Part shown: positions 9,549-19,813 of the stretch, piece by piece
Layout of the letters: each line of letters opens with the position of its first letter
Numbering within the stretch: position 1 is the first letter of the stretch
Sequence record: NC_054925.1
Reading direction: 5' to 3' (one strand)
Origin: Escherichia phage vB_EcoM_NBG2
DNA: 64,000 nucleotides
The notes under the pieces: generated by a model
What the model saw: the letters and a program-made list of their open reading frames with translations, nothing else
What the model was told of the DNA's origin: nothing
Database searches by the model: none
Position numbers and translations under genes: made by a program

Positions 9549-10723
9549 TGAGTATGTTGCAACGCCCTGGATATCCAAATCTCAGCGTTAAATTATTTGA
9601 TAGCTACGACGCTTGGAGTAATAATAGATTTGTTGAATTAGCTGCTACTATTACCACATTAACTATGCGGGATTCTCTTTATGGCCGAAATGAAGGAATG
9701 CTGCAGTTTTATGATTCTAAAAACATTCATACAAAAATGGATGGAAATGAAATAATTCAGATTTCTGTAGCTAATGCAAACGATATTAATAATGTTAAAA
9801 CAAGAATTTATGGATGTAAGCATTTTTCTGTGTCAGTAGATTCAAAGGGTGATAACATCATTGCTATTGAATTGGGAACTATTCATTCTATAGAAAATCT
9901 TAAATTTGGCAGACCGTTTTTCCCTGATGCAGGTGAATCTATAAAGGAAATGCTTGGCGTCATTTATCAAGACCGCACATTATTAACTCCAGCAATAAAT
10001 GCTATAAATGCTTATGTTCCTGATATTCCGTGGACTAGTACATTTGAAAACTATTTGTCATATGTCAGAGAAGTTGCTCTAGCTGTAGGAAGTGACAAAT
10101 TTGTATTTGTATGGCAAGACATCATGGGAGTTAACATGATGGACTATGATATGATGATAAATCAAGAACCGTATCCAATGATTGTCGGTGAGCCATCTTT
10201 AATAGGTCAATTCATCCAAGAATTAAAATATCCATTGGCATATGATTTCGTTTGGTTGACTAAATCGAATCCTCACAAACGTGACCCAATGAAAAACGCT
10301 ACTATCTATGCTCATTCATTTTTAGATTCTTCATTGCCAATGATTACTACAGGAAAGGGCGAAAACTCTATTGTAGTGTCAAGGTCAGGTGCTTATTCTG
10401 AAATGACTTATAGGAATGGATATGAAGAAGCTATTCGTCTTCAAACTATGGCGCAATACGATGGCTATGCTAAATGTTCTACTGTCGGTAATTTTAACTT
10501 GACACCTGGCGTTAAAATTATTTTTAATGATAGTAAAAACCAATTTAAAACAGAATTTTACGTTGATGAAGTCATCCATGAATTATCCAATAATAATTCA
10601 GTAACTCATCTATATATGTTCACTAATGCAACGAAACTGGAAACAATAGACCCAGTTAAGGTTAAAAATGAATTTAAATCTGATACTACCACTGAAGAAA
10701 GTAGTTCTTCCAATAAGCAATAA
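9548..10723 (+). CDS. 27: baseplate hub protein gp27
   Basis: 391 aa; start overlaps gp51 stop (ATGA). Confidence 0.9.
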   Translation: MSMLQRPGYPNLSVKLFDSYDAWSNNRFVELAATITTLTMRDSLYGRNEGMLQFYDSKNIHTKMDGNEIIQISVANANDINNVKTRIYGCKHFSVSVDSKGDNIIAIELGTIHSIENLKFGRPFFPDAGESIKEMLGVIYQDRTLLTPAINAINAYVPDIPWTSTFENYLSYVREVALAVGSDKFVFVWQDIMGVNMMDYDMMINQEPYPMIVGEPSLIGQFIQELKYPLAYDFVWLTKSNPHKRDPMKNATIYAHSFLDSSLPMITTGKGENSIVVSRSGAYSEMTYRNGYEEAIRLQTMAQYDGYAKCSTVGNFNLTPGVKIIFNDSKNQFKTEFYVDEVIHELSNNNSVTHLYMFTNATKLETIDPVKVKNEFKSDTTTEESSSSNKQ

Positions 10724-11201
10724 AGAAGTTTCTATTCCTAAAATGGGTCTTAAACATTATAACATTTTAAAAGATGTTAAAGGTCCTGATGAAAATTTAA
10801 AACTTCTTATTGATTCTATTTGTCCGAATTTATCACCGGCAGAAGTTGATTTCGTTTCTATTCATTTATTGGAATTTAATGGAAAGATTAAATCTCGTAA
10901 AGAAATAGATGGTTATACTTATGACATTAATGATGTTTATGTATGCCAAAGATTGGAATTTCAATACCAAGGAAATACATTTTATTTTAGACCGCCTGGA
11001 AAATTTGAACAATTTTTAACTGTGAGCGATATGTTATCCAAATGCTTGCTTAAGGTCAATGATGAAGTTAAAGAAATTAATTTTCTTGAGATGCCAGCAT
11101 TCGTTTTAAAATGGGCAAATGATATTTTTACAACTTTAGCAATTCCTGGCCCTAATGGTCCAATAACCGGAATTGGCAATATTATTGGATTATTTGAATG
11201 A
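10668..11201 (+). CDS. 28: baseplate hub distal subunit gp28
   Basis: 177 aa; 5' end overlaps gp27 3' end out of frame. Confidence 0.8.
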   Translation: MNLNLILPLKKVVLPISNKEVSIPKMGLKHYNILKDVKGPDENLKLLIDSICPNLSPAEVDFVSIHLLEFNGKIKSRKEIDGYTYDINDVYVCQRLEFQYQGNTFYFRPPGKFEQFLTVSDMLSKCLLKVNDEVKEINFLEMPAFVLKWANDIFTTLAIPGPNGPITGIGNIIGLFE

Positions 11202-12970
11202 AAAAGCCACAAGAAATGCAAACGATGCGTAGAAAAGTTATTTCAGATAATAAACCAACACAGGAAGCGGCTAAATCCGCTTCTAACACTTTATCTGGAC
11301 TTAACGATATATCTACGAAATTGGATGATGCTCAAGCTGCTTCTGAATTAATTGCTCAAACGGTCGAAGAAAAATCAAATGAAATAATTGGAGCAATTGA
11401 TAATGTAGAAAGCGCAGTGAGTGATACTACTGCCGGTTCTGAGTTAATTGCTGAAACTGTCGAAATTGGCAACAATATTAATAAAGAAATTGGTGAATCG
11501 CTCGGGAGCAAATTAGATAAATTAACAAGTTTACTAGAGCAAAAAATTCAGACAGCTGGAATTCAACAGACGGGAACTAGTTTAGCCACGGTTGAAAGCG
11601 CTATTCCTGTTAAAGTTGTTGAGGATGATACAGCTGAATCTGTGGGTCCTTTATTACCGGCTCCTGAAGCAGTTAATAATGATCCTGATGCTGATTTTTT
11701 CCCTACCCCTCAGCCAGTTGAACCCAAACAAGAATCGCCAGAAGAAAAACAGAAAAAAGACGCATTTAACTTAAAATTATCTCAAGCTTTAGATAAATTA
11801 ACAAAGACTGTTGATTTTGGATTTAAGAAATCCATTTCAATTACTGATAAAATATCAAGCATGTTATTTAAGTACACCGTCAGTGCTGCTATTGAAGCTG
11901 CTAAAATGACTGCAATGATATTGGCTGTTGTTGTTGGAATAGACCTGTTGATGGTTCATTTTAAATATTGGTCAGATAAATTTTCACAGGCTTGGGATTT
12001 GTTTAGTACAGACTTTACTAAATTCTCTAGCGAAACCGGAACATGGGGTCCTTTATTACAGAGCATCTTTGGTTCTATCGATGAAATTAAAAAATTCTGG
12101 GAAGCGGGAGATTGGGGTGGTTTGACGGTAGCTATTGTAGAAGGGCTTGGAAAGGTTCTTTATAATTTAGGTGAACTTATTCAGCTTGGAATGGCTAAAT
12201 TATCTGCGGCAATTCTTCGAGTTATTCCTGGTATGAAGGATACCGCTGATGATGTAGAAGGAAGAGCACTAGAAAATTTCCAAAATACTACAAATGCTTC
12301 TCTTAGCAAAGAAGACCAAGAAAAAGTTGCAAATTATCAATATAAAAGAATGAATGGAGAACTTGGTCCGATAGCAAAAGGACTAGACAAAATTGCGAAC
12401 TGGAAAACTCGCGCATCTAACTGGATTCGTGGTGTTGATAATAAAGAAGCACTAACGACTGATGAAGAGAGAGAAGAGGAAGAAGAAAAATTAAAGCAAC
12501 TTTCTCCGGAGGAAGCTAAAATTGCTTTAATGAAAGCTAATGAAGCTCGTGCTGCTATGAATCGTTTTGATCAATATGCCGATTCAGCTGATATGAGTAA
12601 AGACTCAACAGTTAAATCAGTTGAAGCTGCCTATGAAGACCTTAAAAAACGGATGGATGACCCGGATTTAAATAATTCACCGGCAGTTAAAAAAGAACTT
12701 GCTGCTAGATTTTCTAAAATTGATGCTACTTATCAAGAACTAAAGAAAAATCAACCTAATGCCAAACCTGAAACTTCTGCTAAATCGCCAGAAGCAAAAC
12801 AAGTCCAGGTAATAGAAAAGAACAAAGCACAGCAAGCTCCTGTTCAACAAGCATCTCCTTCGATCAATAATACTAATAATGTTATTAAGAAAAATACTGT
12901 CGTTCATAATATGACACCTGTTACGAGTACAACTGCTCCCGGTGTATTTGACGCGACTGGAGTTAATTAA
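11198..12970 (+). CDS. 29: baseplate hub / tail length determinator gp29
   Basis: 590 aa; Ala/Glu-rich, central hydrophobic segment. Confidence 0.88.
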   Translation: MKKPQEMQTMRRKVISDNKPTQEAAKSASNTLSGLNDISTKLDDAQAASELIAQTVEEKSNEIIGAIDNVESAVSDTTAGSELIAETVEIGNNINKEIGESLGSKLDKLTSLLEQKIQTAGIQQTGTSLATVESAIPVKVVEDDTAESVGPLLPAPEAVNNDPDADFFPTPQPVEPKQESPEEKQKKDAFNLKLSQALDKLTKTVDFGFKKSISITDKISSMLFKYTVSAAIEAAKMTAMILAVVVGIDLLMVHFKYWSDKFSQAWDLFSTDFTKFSSETGTWGPLLQSIFGSIDEIKKFWEAGDWGGLTVAIVEGLGKVLYNLGELIQLGMAKLSAAILRVIPGMKDTADDVEGRALENFQNTTNASLSKEDQEKVANYQYKRMNGELGPIAKGLDKIANWKTRASNWIRGVDNKEALTTDEEREEEEEKLKQLSPEEAKIALMKANEARAAMNRFDQYADSADMSKDSTVKSVEAAYEDLKKRMDDPDLNNSPAVKKELAARFSKIDATYQELKKNQPNAKPETSAKSPEAKQVQVIEKNKAQQAPVQQASPSINNTNNVIKKNTVVHNMTPVTSTTAPGVFDATGVN

Positions 12971-12978
12971 GGAATAAT

Positions 12979-14073
12979 ATGGCAATTGTTAAAGAAATAA
13001 CTGCTGATTTAATTAAAAAGTCCGGTGAGAAAATTTCAGCCGGACAGAGTACTAAATCAGAAGTAGGAACTAAAACATACACTGCCCAGTTTCCAACTGG
13101 GCGTGCTAGTGGTAATGACACTACAGGGGACTTCCAGGTAACAGATCTATATAAGAATGGATTATTATTTACTGCATACAATATGTCATCTAGGGATTCT
13201 GGAAGTCTTAGATCGATGAGATCTAACTACTCTTCTTCATCTTCGAGTATTTTACGTACAGCCAGAAACACTATCAGTAATACAGTATCAAAACTGTCAA
13301 ATGGATTAATATCAGATAATAATTCAGGAACAATAAGTAAAGCTCCTGTGGCAAACATTCTTTTACCGAGATCTAAATCTGACGTTGATACATCATCACA
13401 TAGATTTAATGATGTTCAAGAAAGTCTTATCAGTAGAGGCGGAGGAACTGCTACTGGTGTGCTAAGTAATATTGCTTCAACTGCAGTATTTGGAGCACTG
13501 GAAAGTATAACACAAGGTATAATGGCTGATAATAATGAACAGATTTATACTACAGCCAGAAGTATGTATGGTGGTGCTGAGAATAGAACTAAAGTGTTTA
13601 CATGGGATTTGACTCCACGTTCAACAGAAGATTTAATGGCTATTATTAATATCTATCAATATTTTAACTATTTTTCTTATGGTGAAACGGGTAAATCTCA
13701 ATATGCTGCTGAAATAAAGGGGTATTTAGATGATTGGTATCGTTCTACGTTAATTGAACCTTTATCTCCGGAAGACGCAGCTAAAAATAAAACACTATTT
13801 GAGAAAATGACATCGAGTTTAACTAACGTCCTAGTAGTTTCAAACCCGACAATTTGGATGGTGAAAAACTTTGGTGCAACATCTAAGTTTGATGGAAAAA
13901 CTGAAATATTTGGTCCATGCCAAATACAAAGCATCAGATTTGATAAAACGCCTAATGGTAACTTTAACGGATTAGCTATTGCTCCAAACCTCCCTAGTAC
14001 ATTTACTCTTGAGATTACTATGAGAGAAATTATCACGTTAAACCGTGCTTCTTTATATGCGGGGACTTTTTAA
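12979..14073 (+). CDS. 48: baseplate tail tube junction protein gp48
   Basis: 364 aa; T4 order 29-48-54. Confidence 0.88.
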   Translation: MAIVKEITADLIKKSGEKISAGQSTKSEVGTKTYTAQFPTGRASGNDTTGDFQVTDLYKNGLLFTAYNMSSRDSGSLRSMRSNYSSSSSSILRTARNTISNTVSKLSNGLISDNNSGTISKAPVANILLPRSKSDVDTSSHRFNDVQESLISRGGGTATGVLSNIASTAVFGALESITQGIMADNNEQIYTTARSMYGGAENRTKVFTWDLTPRSTEDLMAIINIYQYFNYFSYGETGKSQYAAEIKGYLDDWYRSTLIEPLSPEDAAKNKTLFEKMTSSLTNVLVVSNPTIWMVKNFGATSKFDGKTEIFGPCQIQSIRFDKTPNGNFNGLAIAPNLPSTFTLEITMREIITLNRASLYAGTF

Positions 14074-15038
14074 TGTATTCTTTAGAGGAATTTAATAATC
14101 AAGCAATAAACGCAGATTTCCAACGTAATAATATGTTTAGCTGCGTTTTTGCGACAACTCCATCAACTAAAAGCTCTTCGTTGATAAGTTCAATTAGCAA
14201 CTTTTCTTATAATAACTTGGGCCTAAATTCAGATTGGTTAGGATTGACTCAAGGTGATATTAATCAGGGAATTACCACGCTAATTACAGCTGGCACACAA
14301 AAACTGATAAGAAAATCAGGGGTTAGTAAATATCTTATTGGTGCCATGAGTCAACGTACAGTTCAAAGTTTATTGGGCTCATTTACAGTTGGTACATATT
14401 TAATTGACTTCTTTAACATGGCATATAACTCATCTGGATTGATGATATATTCCGTAAAAATGCCAGAGAATAGATTATCCTATGAAACTGACTGGAACTA
14501 TAATTCTCCTAATATTCGTATAACTGGGAGAGAATTAGACCCTTTGGTTATTTCATTTAGAATGGATTCAGAAGCATGTAATTATCGTGCGATGCAAGAC
14601 TGGGTTAACGCTGTTCAAGACCCAGTAACTGGATTACGCGCTTTGCCACAAGATGTCGAGGCAGACATTCAGGTTAATCTTCATGCTCGCAATGGATTGC
14701 CTCATACTGCAGTGATGTTCACCGGATGCATTCCAGTGTCAGTGAGCGCTCCTGAGTTATCATATGATGGAGATAACCAAATAACTACATTTGATGTTAC
14801 TTTTGCGTATAGAGTCATGCAGGCTGGAGCAGTTGATAGACAAGCTGCGCTTGAATGGCTTGAATCTGCTGCTATAAACGGTATTCAAAGCGTTCTCGGA
14901 AATAGCGGAGGCGTTACTGGACTATCTAATTCGCTTTCACGACTTAGTAGATTAGGAGGAACTGCTGGAAGCATTTCAAACATTAATACTATGACGGGAA
15001 TTGTCAACTCGCAAAGTAAAATATTAGGAGCAATATAA
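14073..15038 (+). CDS. 54: baseplate tail tube initiator gp54
   Basis: 321 aa; start overlaps gp48 stop. Confidence 0.88.
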   Translation: MYSLEEFNNQAINADFQRNNMFSCVFATTPSTKSSSLISSISNFSYNNLGLNSDWLGLTQGDINQGITTLITAGTQKLIRKSGVSKYLIGAMSQRTVQSLLGSFTVGTYLIDFFNMAYNSSGLMIYSVKMPENRLSYETDWNYNSPNIRITGRELDPLVISFRMDSEACNYRAMQDWVNAVQDPVTGLRALPQDVEADIQVNLHARNGLPHTAVMFTGCIPVSVSAPELSYDGDNQITTFDVTFAYRVMQAGAVDRQAALEWLESAAINGIQSVLGNSGGVTGLSNSLSRLSRLGGTAGSISNINTMTGIVNSQSKILGAI

Positions 15039-15042
15039 CAAT

Positions 15043-15066
15043 GGGGACCTTTCGGTCCCCATGTTT
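15043..15066. terminator. bidirectional terminator hairpin between gene 54 and the alt cluster
   Basis: ggggacc-tttc-ggtcccc then T-run on plus strand; A-run precedes it. Confidence 0.6.
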
Positions 15067-15357
15067 TTATTTACGGAATGAAATAAAAGCAGCAACTGAA
15101 GCAACTAAACTGTCTTCAATATAAACTTCAATTTTTACCGGAGCTTCTGACTCAAATTTGCCTGTTACTACACCTTGGAAAATGCTTTCAGTCTGTTCTG
15201 GCTTTGAAAAATTTTCAGAAGGAAAAATTCCGAACTTTTTATCTGTTCCAAAAATTTTGATAAATTCATCATAAACTGCTTCATTAAAAGCGTTATCAGC
15301 AGGAATAACGCCTTCAACTACAAGTTCTTGACCTAAAAAGCGCAAAGAAGATTTCAT
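15067..15357 (-). CDS. hypothetical protein (T4 alt.-3 position)
   Basis: 96-aa ORF downstream of the alt genes, preceded by an early promoter. Confidence 0.55.
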   Translation of the reverse strand: MKSSLRFLGQELVVEGVIPADNAFNEAVYDEFIKIFGTDKKFGIFPSENFSKPEQTESIFQGVVTGKFESEAPVKIEVYIEDSLVASVAAFISFRK

Positions 15358-15373
15358 TTTGTGTTCCTCATGT

Positions 15374-15419
15374 TATGTCAGTAAGTTTACTATAACACAA
15401 CACGAGGGACTTGTAAACT
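15374..15419 (-). promoter_or_regulatory. T4 early-type promoter
   Basis: Minus strand GTTTACA-N17-TGtTATAGT; near-identical copy at 31328-31376. Confidence 0.5.
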
Positions 15420-17475
15420 ACATTTTGAACTTTTTAGACATTCCGTTAATATTAACCAAAGAAGCCAAGATTTGAGAAACTTCGTTTTCCTCTTCTTTTG
15501 ATTCTTCTACAAGGAATTGATTAAATCCAGTCATTGGACGAACTTCACCAGTTTCCATTAGATGGTCGCCATCATATACCGATTCTTCTAATTGTTCAGA
15601 AGGAGGAACGATTGTGCCTTCGATTAGATACTTGTTATAAGCAGTTTCTTTCATCATGTACGTACTCACTTTATTAATCTTCAGCAAAATTCCACGTGGT
15701 AAAATAACTTCAGCTTCTGATGGAAATCCTGATAAATGACCCGGAACGATAACTTTGATTCGCTCAGCTCCTTTAATTACCATACCTACGCTAGTTTCAG
15801 CATCTTCATTCGCATAAGCAGAGTGACTGCCCATATGCATCAAATCTTCTGCGTCAACTGAACCTTCTCCTTCACCAGAAAATACTGCACTGGAATCATC
15901 TAGGGCCATATAGTTTTTACCATACTCACCGAAGATATTTGGTTTAAGCGATGTGGATACGAAGTTCTTGAAATAGAACATTTTATTTTCAATATTATGA
16001 CGTAAAGTTTTAAAGGTAACTTCTTGGCCACGGTAAAGCGTAGTTCCTGGAGGAAGAACTGATCCTTTGGCAAAGGCAGAATCCATTGTCTCGATGTGTT
16101 TAATAGCTCGTTCCATATATTCTTCACGGGTAGAATCCGGTTTACCTAAAAGGAACGAGTTCATTTCAACATATGAATCTGCACAATAATCTTCAATTAC
16201 ATCAGACTCAGCTTGAGTTAATCCTTTTGGAGTTACTTCAGTACTTGCATATTCATACGCTTGAGAAGCAGACTCATTAATCAATTTATAAACGCCATTC
16301 ATGACAAATTGAACAATAGCTACCTTTTCATCTGGTGTGGCTTTAGAACCTTTAACTAAATCATTGACAATTTTCTTAATAACATCAAAGCTATTAGAAA
16401 TATTAATGTCAGCAAGATCGCTTAAAATTTTATCAGTTTTATAATCAAAAAATTCTTTATTCTTTAAATATTCTTGAGAACCTTGATATGTTATATCGCT
16501 CTGTAACTTGATAGATGGATCACGTAAACGCGCATGAGCCAATGCAATATGATTTCGGAAGCTTTCTAATTCATAATCACTAGATTTAAAACGGGAAGCA
16601 CTTCTCATACCACCGATAGCTCCTTTGCTGAAGTTTGAACCAACCTGAATAACGCCAGAGTTCATTGGTCCTTCTGCTTTATATACCGGAACTTTAGATT
16701 CAAACTCTTGATATTTCTTAGCAGCGAAGCTATCACCCTGAAGTGAAGCATCGACAGTAGAATATTGAGCTTGTGCTGCTAACCGACGACTAATTTTAGT
16801 TTTCTGAATAACAGCTTGATCCGTGCGCTTATCGTTTTCTAAAGCAATAGAAGCAGCAACAGCAACAGCTTTAGGAACAGCATTACCTGTTTTAACATCT
16901 ATATAAACATCACCAACCTTTGATTCAACTTTTGTGAATAACTCAGTTGAAATAGGAGGTACACCTGGAATGTCTTCTAAATTAGCATTTTTACGGTAAA
17001 CCATAATATATGCGTACTTTTTATCGTAATCCCAGATTTCCTTTAAAAGAACATATCGACCTGCTCCTTTAGTACGTACTAAACGGTCGGCAATAACTTG
17101 CATTTGACGAGCTGCACCATTTGTTTTACTCTTTAGTACGCGGAATAAGCATGCGTCAATTTTGTATTGTTTCATTGTCTGAAGAGCAGTATCAAAAACC
17201 GCATTAATGACACCAATTGGATTTCCACCCAAGTTTTTAAGTTTAACTAATGATAGTTTTTCATTGACCCCTATCATTACGATATGCATCATTTTATCGC
17301 CTGGCTTAACGTTTTTATTTGTATCACCGCCAGAGGTGTATGTACAAAATCTAAATCCAGGAAGCACGCTTTCTTCACCGGCTTGAATAGCAAAAATTTG
17401 AGGTATTTTATGCTTAGGATTTAAGTTAACAACCGGCGCCGAAGCGCCGTCAAATAATTCTGTAATAAGTTCCAT
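15418..17475 (-). CDS. Alt-like mono-ADP-ribosyltransferase, paralog A
   Basis: 685 aa; N-terminus MELITELFD... shared with paralog B; ART motifs LYRGQ, FVSTSL, SEAEVILPRG. Confidence 0.8.
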   Translation of the reverse strand: MELITELFDGASAPVVNLNPKHKIPQIFAIQAGEESVLPGFRFCTYTSGGDTNKNVKPGDKMMHIVMIGVNEKLSLVKLKNLGGNPIGVINAVFDTALQTMKQYKIDACLFRVLKSKTNGAARQMQVIADRLVRTKGAGRYVLLKEIWDYDKKYAYIMVYRKNANLEDIPGVPPISTELFTKVESKVGDVYIDVKTGNAVPKAVAVAASIALENDKRTDQAVIQKTKISRRLAAQAQYSTVDASLQGDSFAAKKYQEFESKVPVYKAEGPMNSGVIQVGSNFSKGAIGGMRSASRFKSSDYELESFRNHIALAHARLRDPSIKLQSDITYQGSQEYLKNKEFFDYKTDKILSDLADINISNSFDVIKKIVNDLVKGSKATPDEKVAIVQFVMNGVYKLINESASQAYEYASTEVTPKGLTQAESDVIEDYCADSYVEMNSFLLGKPDSTREEYMERAIKHIETMDSAFAKGSVLPPGTTLYRGQEVTFKTLRHNIENKMFYFKNFVSTSLKPNIFGEYGKNYMALDDSSAVFSGEGEGSVDAEDLMHMGSHSAYANEDAETSVGMVIKGAERIKVIVPGHLSGFPSEAEVILPRGILLKINKVSTYMMKETAYNKYLIEGTIVPPSEQLEESVYDGDHLMETGEVRPMTGFNQFLVEESKEEENEVSQILASLVNINGMSKKFKM

Positions 17476-17478
17476 GAT

Positions 17479-19575
17479 TTATCCTTGAACGAACTTGTAA
17501 GGCATGTTTGTAATATCTATGCAAGACGCAATAATTCCAAGAGATGATTCTACTTTCTGTTTAACATTTGATGAAACAAATGATGCAAAGTCAACTCTGT
17601 CTTCTATTTCAATATCATCTGTCATTGCAACTACTTCACCCGTTTCCATTAGACGGTCACCGTCATAAATTACTGATTCGGTGAGTTCTTCCGTAGTCAT
17701 AACTTCAGCTTGAATGAGTTTTGTATTATTAGATGTTGTTCCGTCATTATTAGAAGCATCAGTTATTTTATTAACTTTGACCATCAATCCGCGCGGTAGA
17801 ATAACTTCAGCTTCAGTTGCTATTCCGAGACTTCCTGGATATACAACATTAACTTTATGAGCTCCATCAATTGCCCATCCTATTTGAACTTTAACGTATT
17901 CAGGATTTTCTTTATACGCTCTTATTTCGTTTGGATTAATAGTTATTCCTTCTTCATTTTTATCAACTGTTAATTCATTACGAGCTTCTGGTTCTAAAAG
18001 ACCGATACCAGCATGTGTAATTCCAAAACGTCCAAAAATGATAGGAGTTAAAGAAGTAGATACAAAATTTCTGAAATAGAACACTTTATTTTTAACTAGC
18101 GCTTCGTATATAGGAGCAGTCATACTTTGAGCACGATAAACTGTAATGCCCTCTGGTATACGGTCACCATTTTCAAAAGCTGAATCTAAATTATTTATCG
18201 CAGATTCAATTTCTTTTTCACTCATTACATCATATCGTTCTGGATTGTAGCGGCCTAAAAGAAGATTATTGATGTCAGTATATCCTGATCCACAATACTC
18301 TCTAATGCCGCGCTTTTGCGATGGAGTATATTTAGAACCATCACGTGCAATGGTAATATCAATCATTGGACCTGCACCAATTCCAGAAAAGCTATAAATC
18401 ATTCGTTTGAGGAATTTAGTTTTTGCTGCGTTCCAGGAATTTTTAGTTATTTCTTCCCAGACTTCATCTGGCTGCCCTTTACGAGTTTTATTATGTTTAT
18501 CAAGCCAATTATCTTTATATTCTTCAAATAATTGATTAACAGCTGCTGCGTATTTCTCTAAACATTTTATTGAAGTAGTTGGTTCATTTTTAATCGCATT
18601 AAGAATTACATCTTTAATTTTTTCAGAAACTTCATTAACCTCACTTTTTGAAAAGAATTTATAGTCATAGTGAAGTTCATCTGCGGTTCCTTCGGCAATA
18701 ATTTTTGCTGCCTTAGTTTTAGAAGCTAATGAATTAATTCCAAGCTTCATTTCTTCTGCTTCGGGAATTAAAGGAGCTGTAGCAGGTTTATTGAAATTAG
18801 CTGCGGTAGATTCATATTTCTGGAATAATTCGCTTTCAAATCTAGAAGATTCTAATGACTGACTTTGTGCAATTGCTCTACGGGAAATTTTAACTTTAAC
18901 GATAACAGCTTGGTCAGAGCGTTTATCATTTTCTTGTGCAATAGATGCTGCAATTGCCTCATTTTTAGTTACTTGAGCTCCAGTATCTTTATTGATATAA
19001 ACATCGCCGACTTTCGATTCAACCTTAGTAAAGAGCTCGGTACTAATTTCAGGAACTCCTGGAATGTCTTCTAGTGATACATTTTTGCGATGTATAAGAA
19101 TATATGCGTACTTTTTATCATAATCCCAGAGTTCCTTAAGAAGGACGTATCTGCCACCTGAACGACTACGGATAAGTCTATCAGCAATAACTTGAATTTG
19201 TCGAGCTTGACCAGCAGTTTTAGACTTAAGAATACGAAGCATACAGGCATCAATTTTATACTGACGCATCGTCTGCATTGCAACAGTAAAAACTGAATTG
19301 ATGTAATTAATTGGGCTTGGACCGAGACCTTTTAATTTAGCAATTGAACCTTTAGCAGTTAATGTAAAAGGAACAATATGCATCATTTTATCGCCCATTT
19401 TTAAATCGCGATTAGTATCACCTCCAGATGTATAGGTACATAAACGAAAGCCTGGTTGTTCAATTGCATCATCAACATGAACTGAAAAAATTTGTGGTAT
19501 TTTCTTCTTTGGATTTAAGTTTGTAATCGGAAGAGTAGTATCTTCGTCAAATAATTCTGTAATGAGTTCCATCAT
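17479..19575 (-). CDS. alt: Alt ADP-ribosyltransferase, paralog B (late-promoter-proximal)
   Basis: 698 aa (697 from second Met); MELITELFDEDTTLPITNLNPKKK...; ART motifs VYRAQ, FVSTSL, TEAEVILPRG. Confidence 0.85.
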   Translation of the reverse strand: MMELITELFDEDTTLPITNLNPKKKIPQIFSVHVDDAIEQPGFRLCTYTSGGDTNRDLKMGDKMMHIVPFTLTAKGSIAKLKGLGPSPINYINSVFTVAMQTMRQYKIDACMLRILKSKTAGQARQIQVIADRLIRSRSGGRYVLLKELWDYDKKYAYILIHRKNVSLEDIPGVPEISTELFTKVESKVGDVYINKDTGAQVTKNEAIAASIAQENDKRSDQAVIVKVKISRRAIAQSQSLESSRFESELFQKYESTAANFNKPATAPLIPEAEEMKLGINSLASKTKAAKIIAEGTADELHYDYKFFSKSEVNEVSEKIKDVILNAIKNEPTTSIKCLEKYAAAVNQLFEEYKDNWLDKHNKTRKGQPDEVWEEITKNSWNAAKTKFLKRMIYSFSGIGAGPMIDITIARDGSKYTPSQKRGIREYCGSGYTDINNLLLGRYNPERYDVMSEKEIESAINNLDSAFENGDRIPEGITVYRAQSMTAPIYEALVKNKVFYFRNFVSTSLTPIIFGRFGITHAGIGLLEPEARNELTVDKNEEGITINPNEIRAYKENPEYVKVQIGWAIDGAHKVNVVYPGSLGIATEAEVILPRGLMVKVNKITDASNNDGTTSNNTKLIQAEVMTTEELTESVIYDGDRLMETGEVVAMTDDIEIEDRVDFASFVSSNVKQKVESSLGIIASCIDITNMPYKFVQG

Positions 19576-19595
19576 ATCCTCTCTAGTGTTTATTC

Positions 19596-19603
19596 TATTT
19601 ATA
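19596..19603 (-). promoter_or_regulatory. late promoter TATAAATA upstream of alt
   Basis: TATAAATA on minus strand about 20 nt upstream of the alt ATG. Confidence 0.55.
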
Positions 19604-19608
19604 AAATT

Positions 19609-19627
19609 AAAGGCCCGAAGGCCTTTA
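19609..19627 (-). terminator. terminator hairpin downstream of the gene 30 transcription unit
   Basis: aggcc-cgaa-ggcct stem-loop followed by T-rich tract on minus strand. Confidence 0.5.
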
Positions 19628-19813
19628 ATAATCTAGTGGTAAGAGAGTACGATATATTTCAAACTTTGGACCTTTTTCGTAGGCATCAAATGTTTCTGTA
19701 AATTTATTATAAGCATATGCATCTACAAATTCGAGAATGACTTGTGATACCGAAGTAGAAACATCTCCACCTTCTTTTTGAGCAACGACAATTGTTTCTA
19801 AGTAAGCTTTCAT
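19625..19813 (-). CDS. hypothetical small acidic protein
   Basis: 62-aa ORF whose start overlaps the ligase stop. Confidence 0.5.
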   Translation of the reverse strand: MKAYLETIVVAQKEGGDVSTSVSQVILEFVDAYAYNKFTETFDAYEKGPKFEIYRTLLPLDY

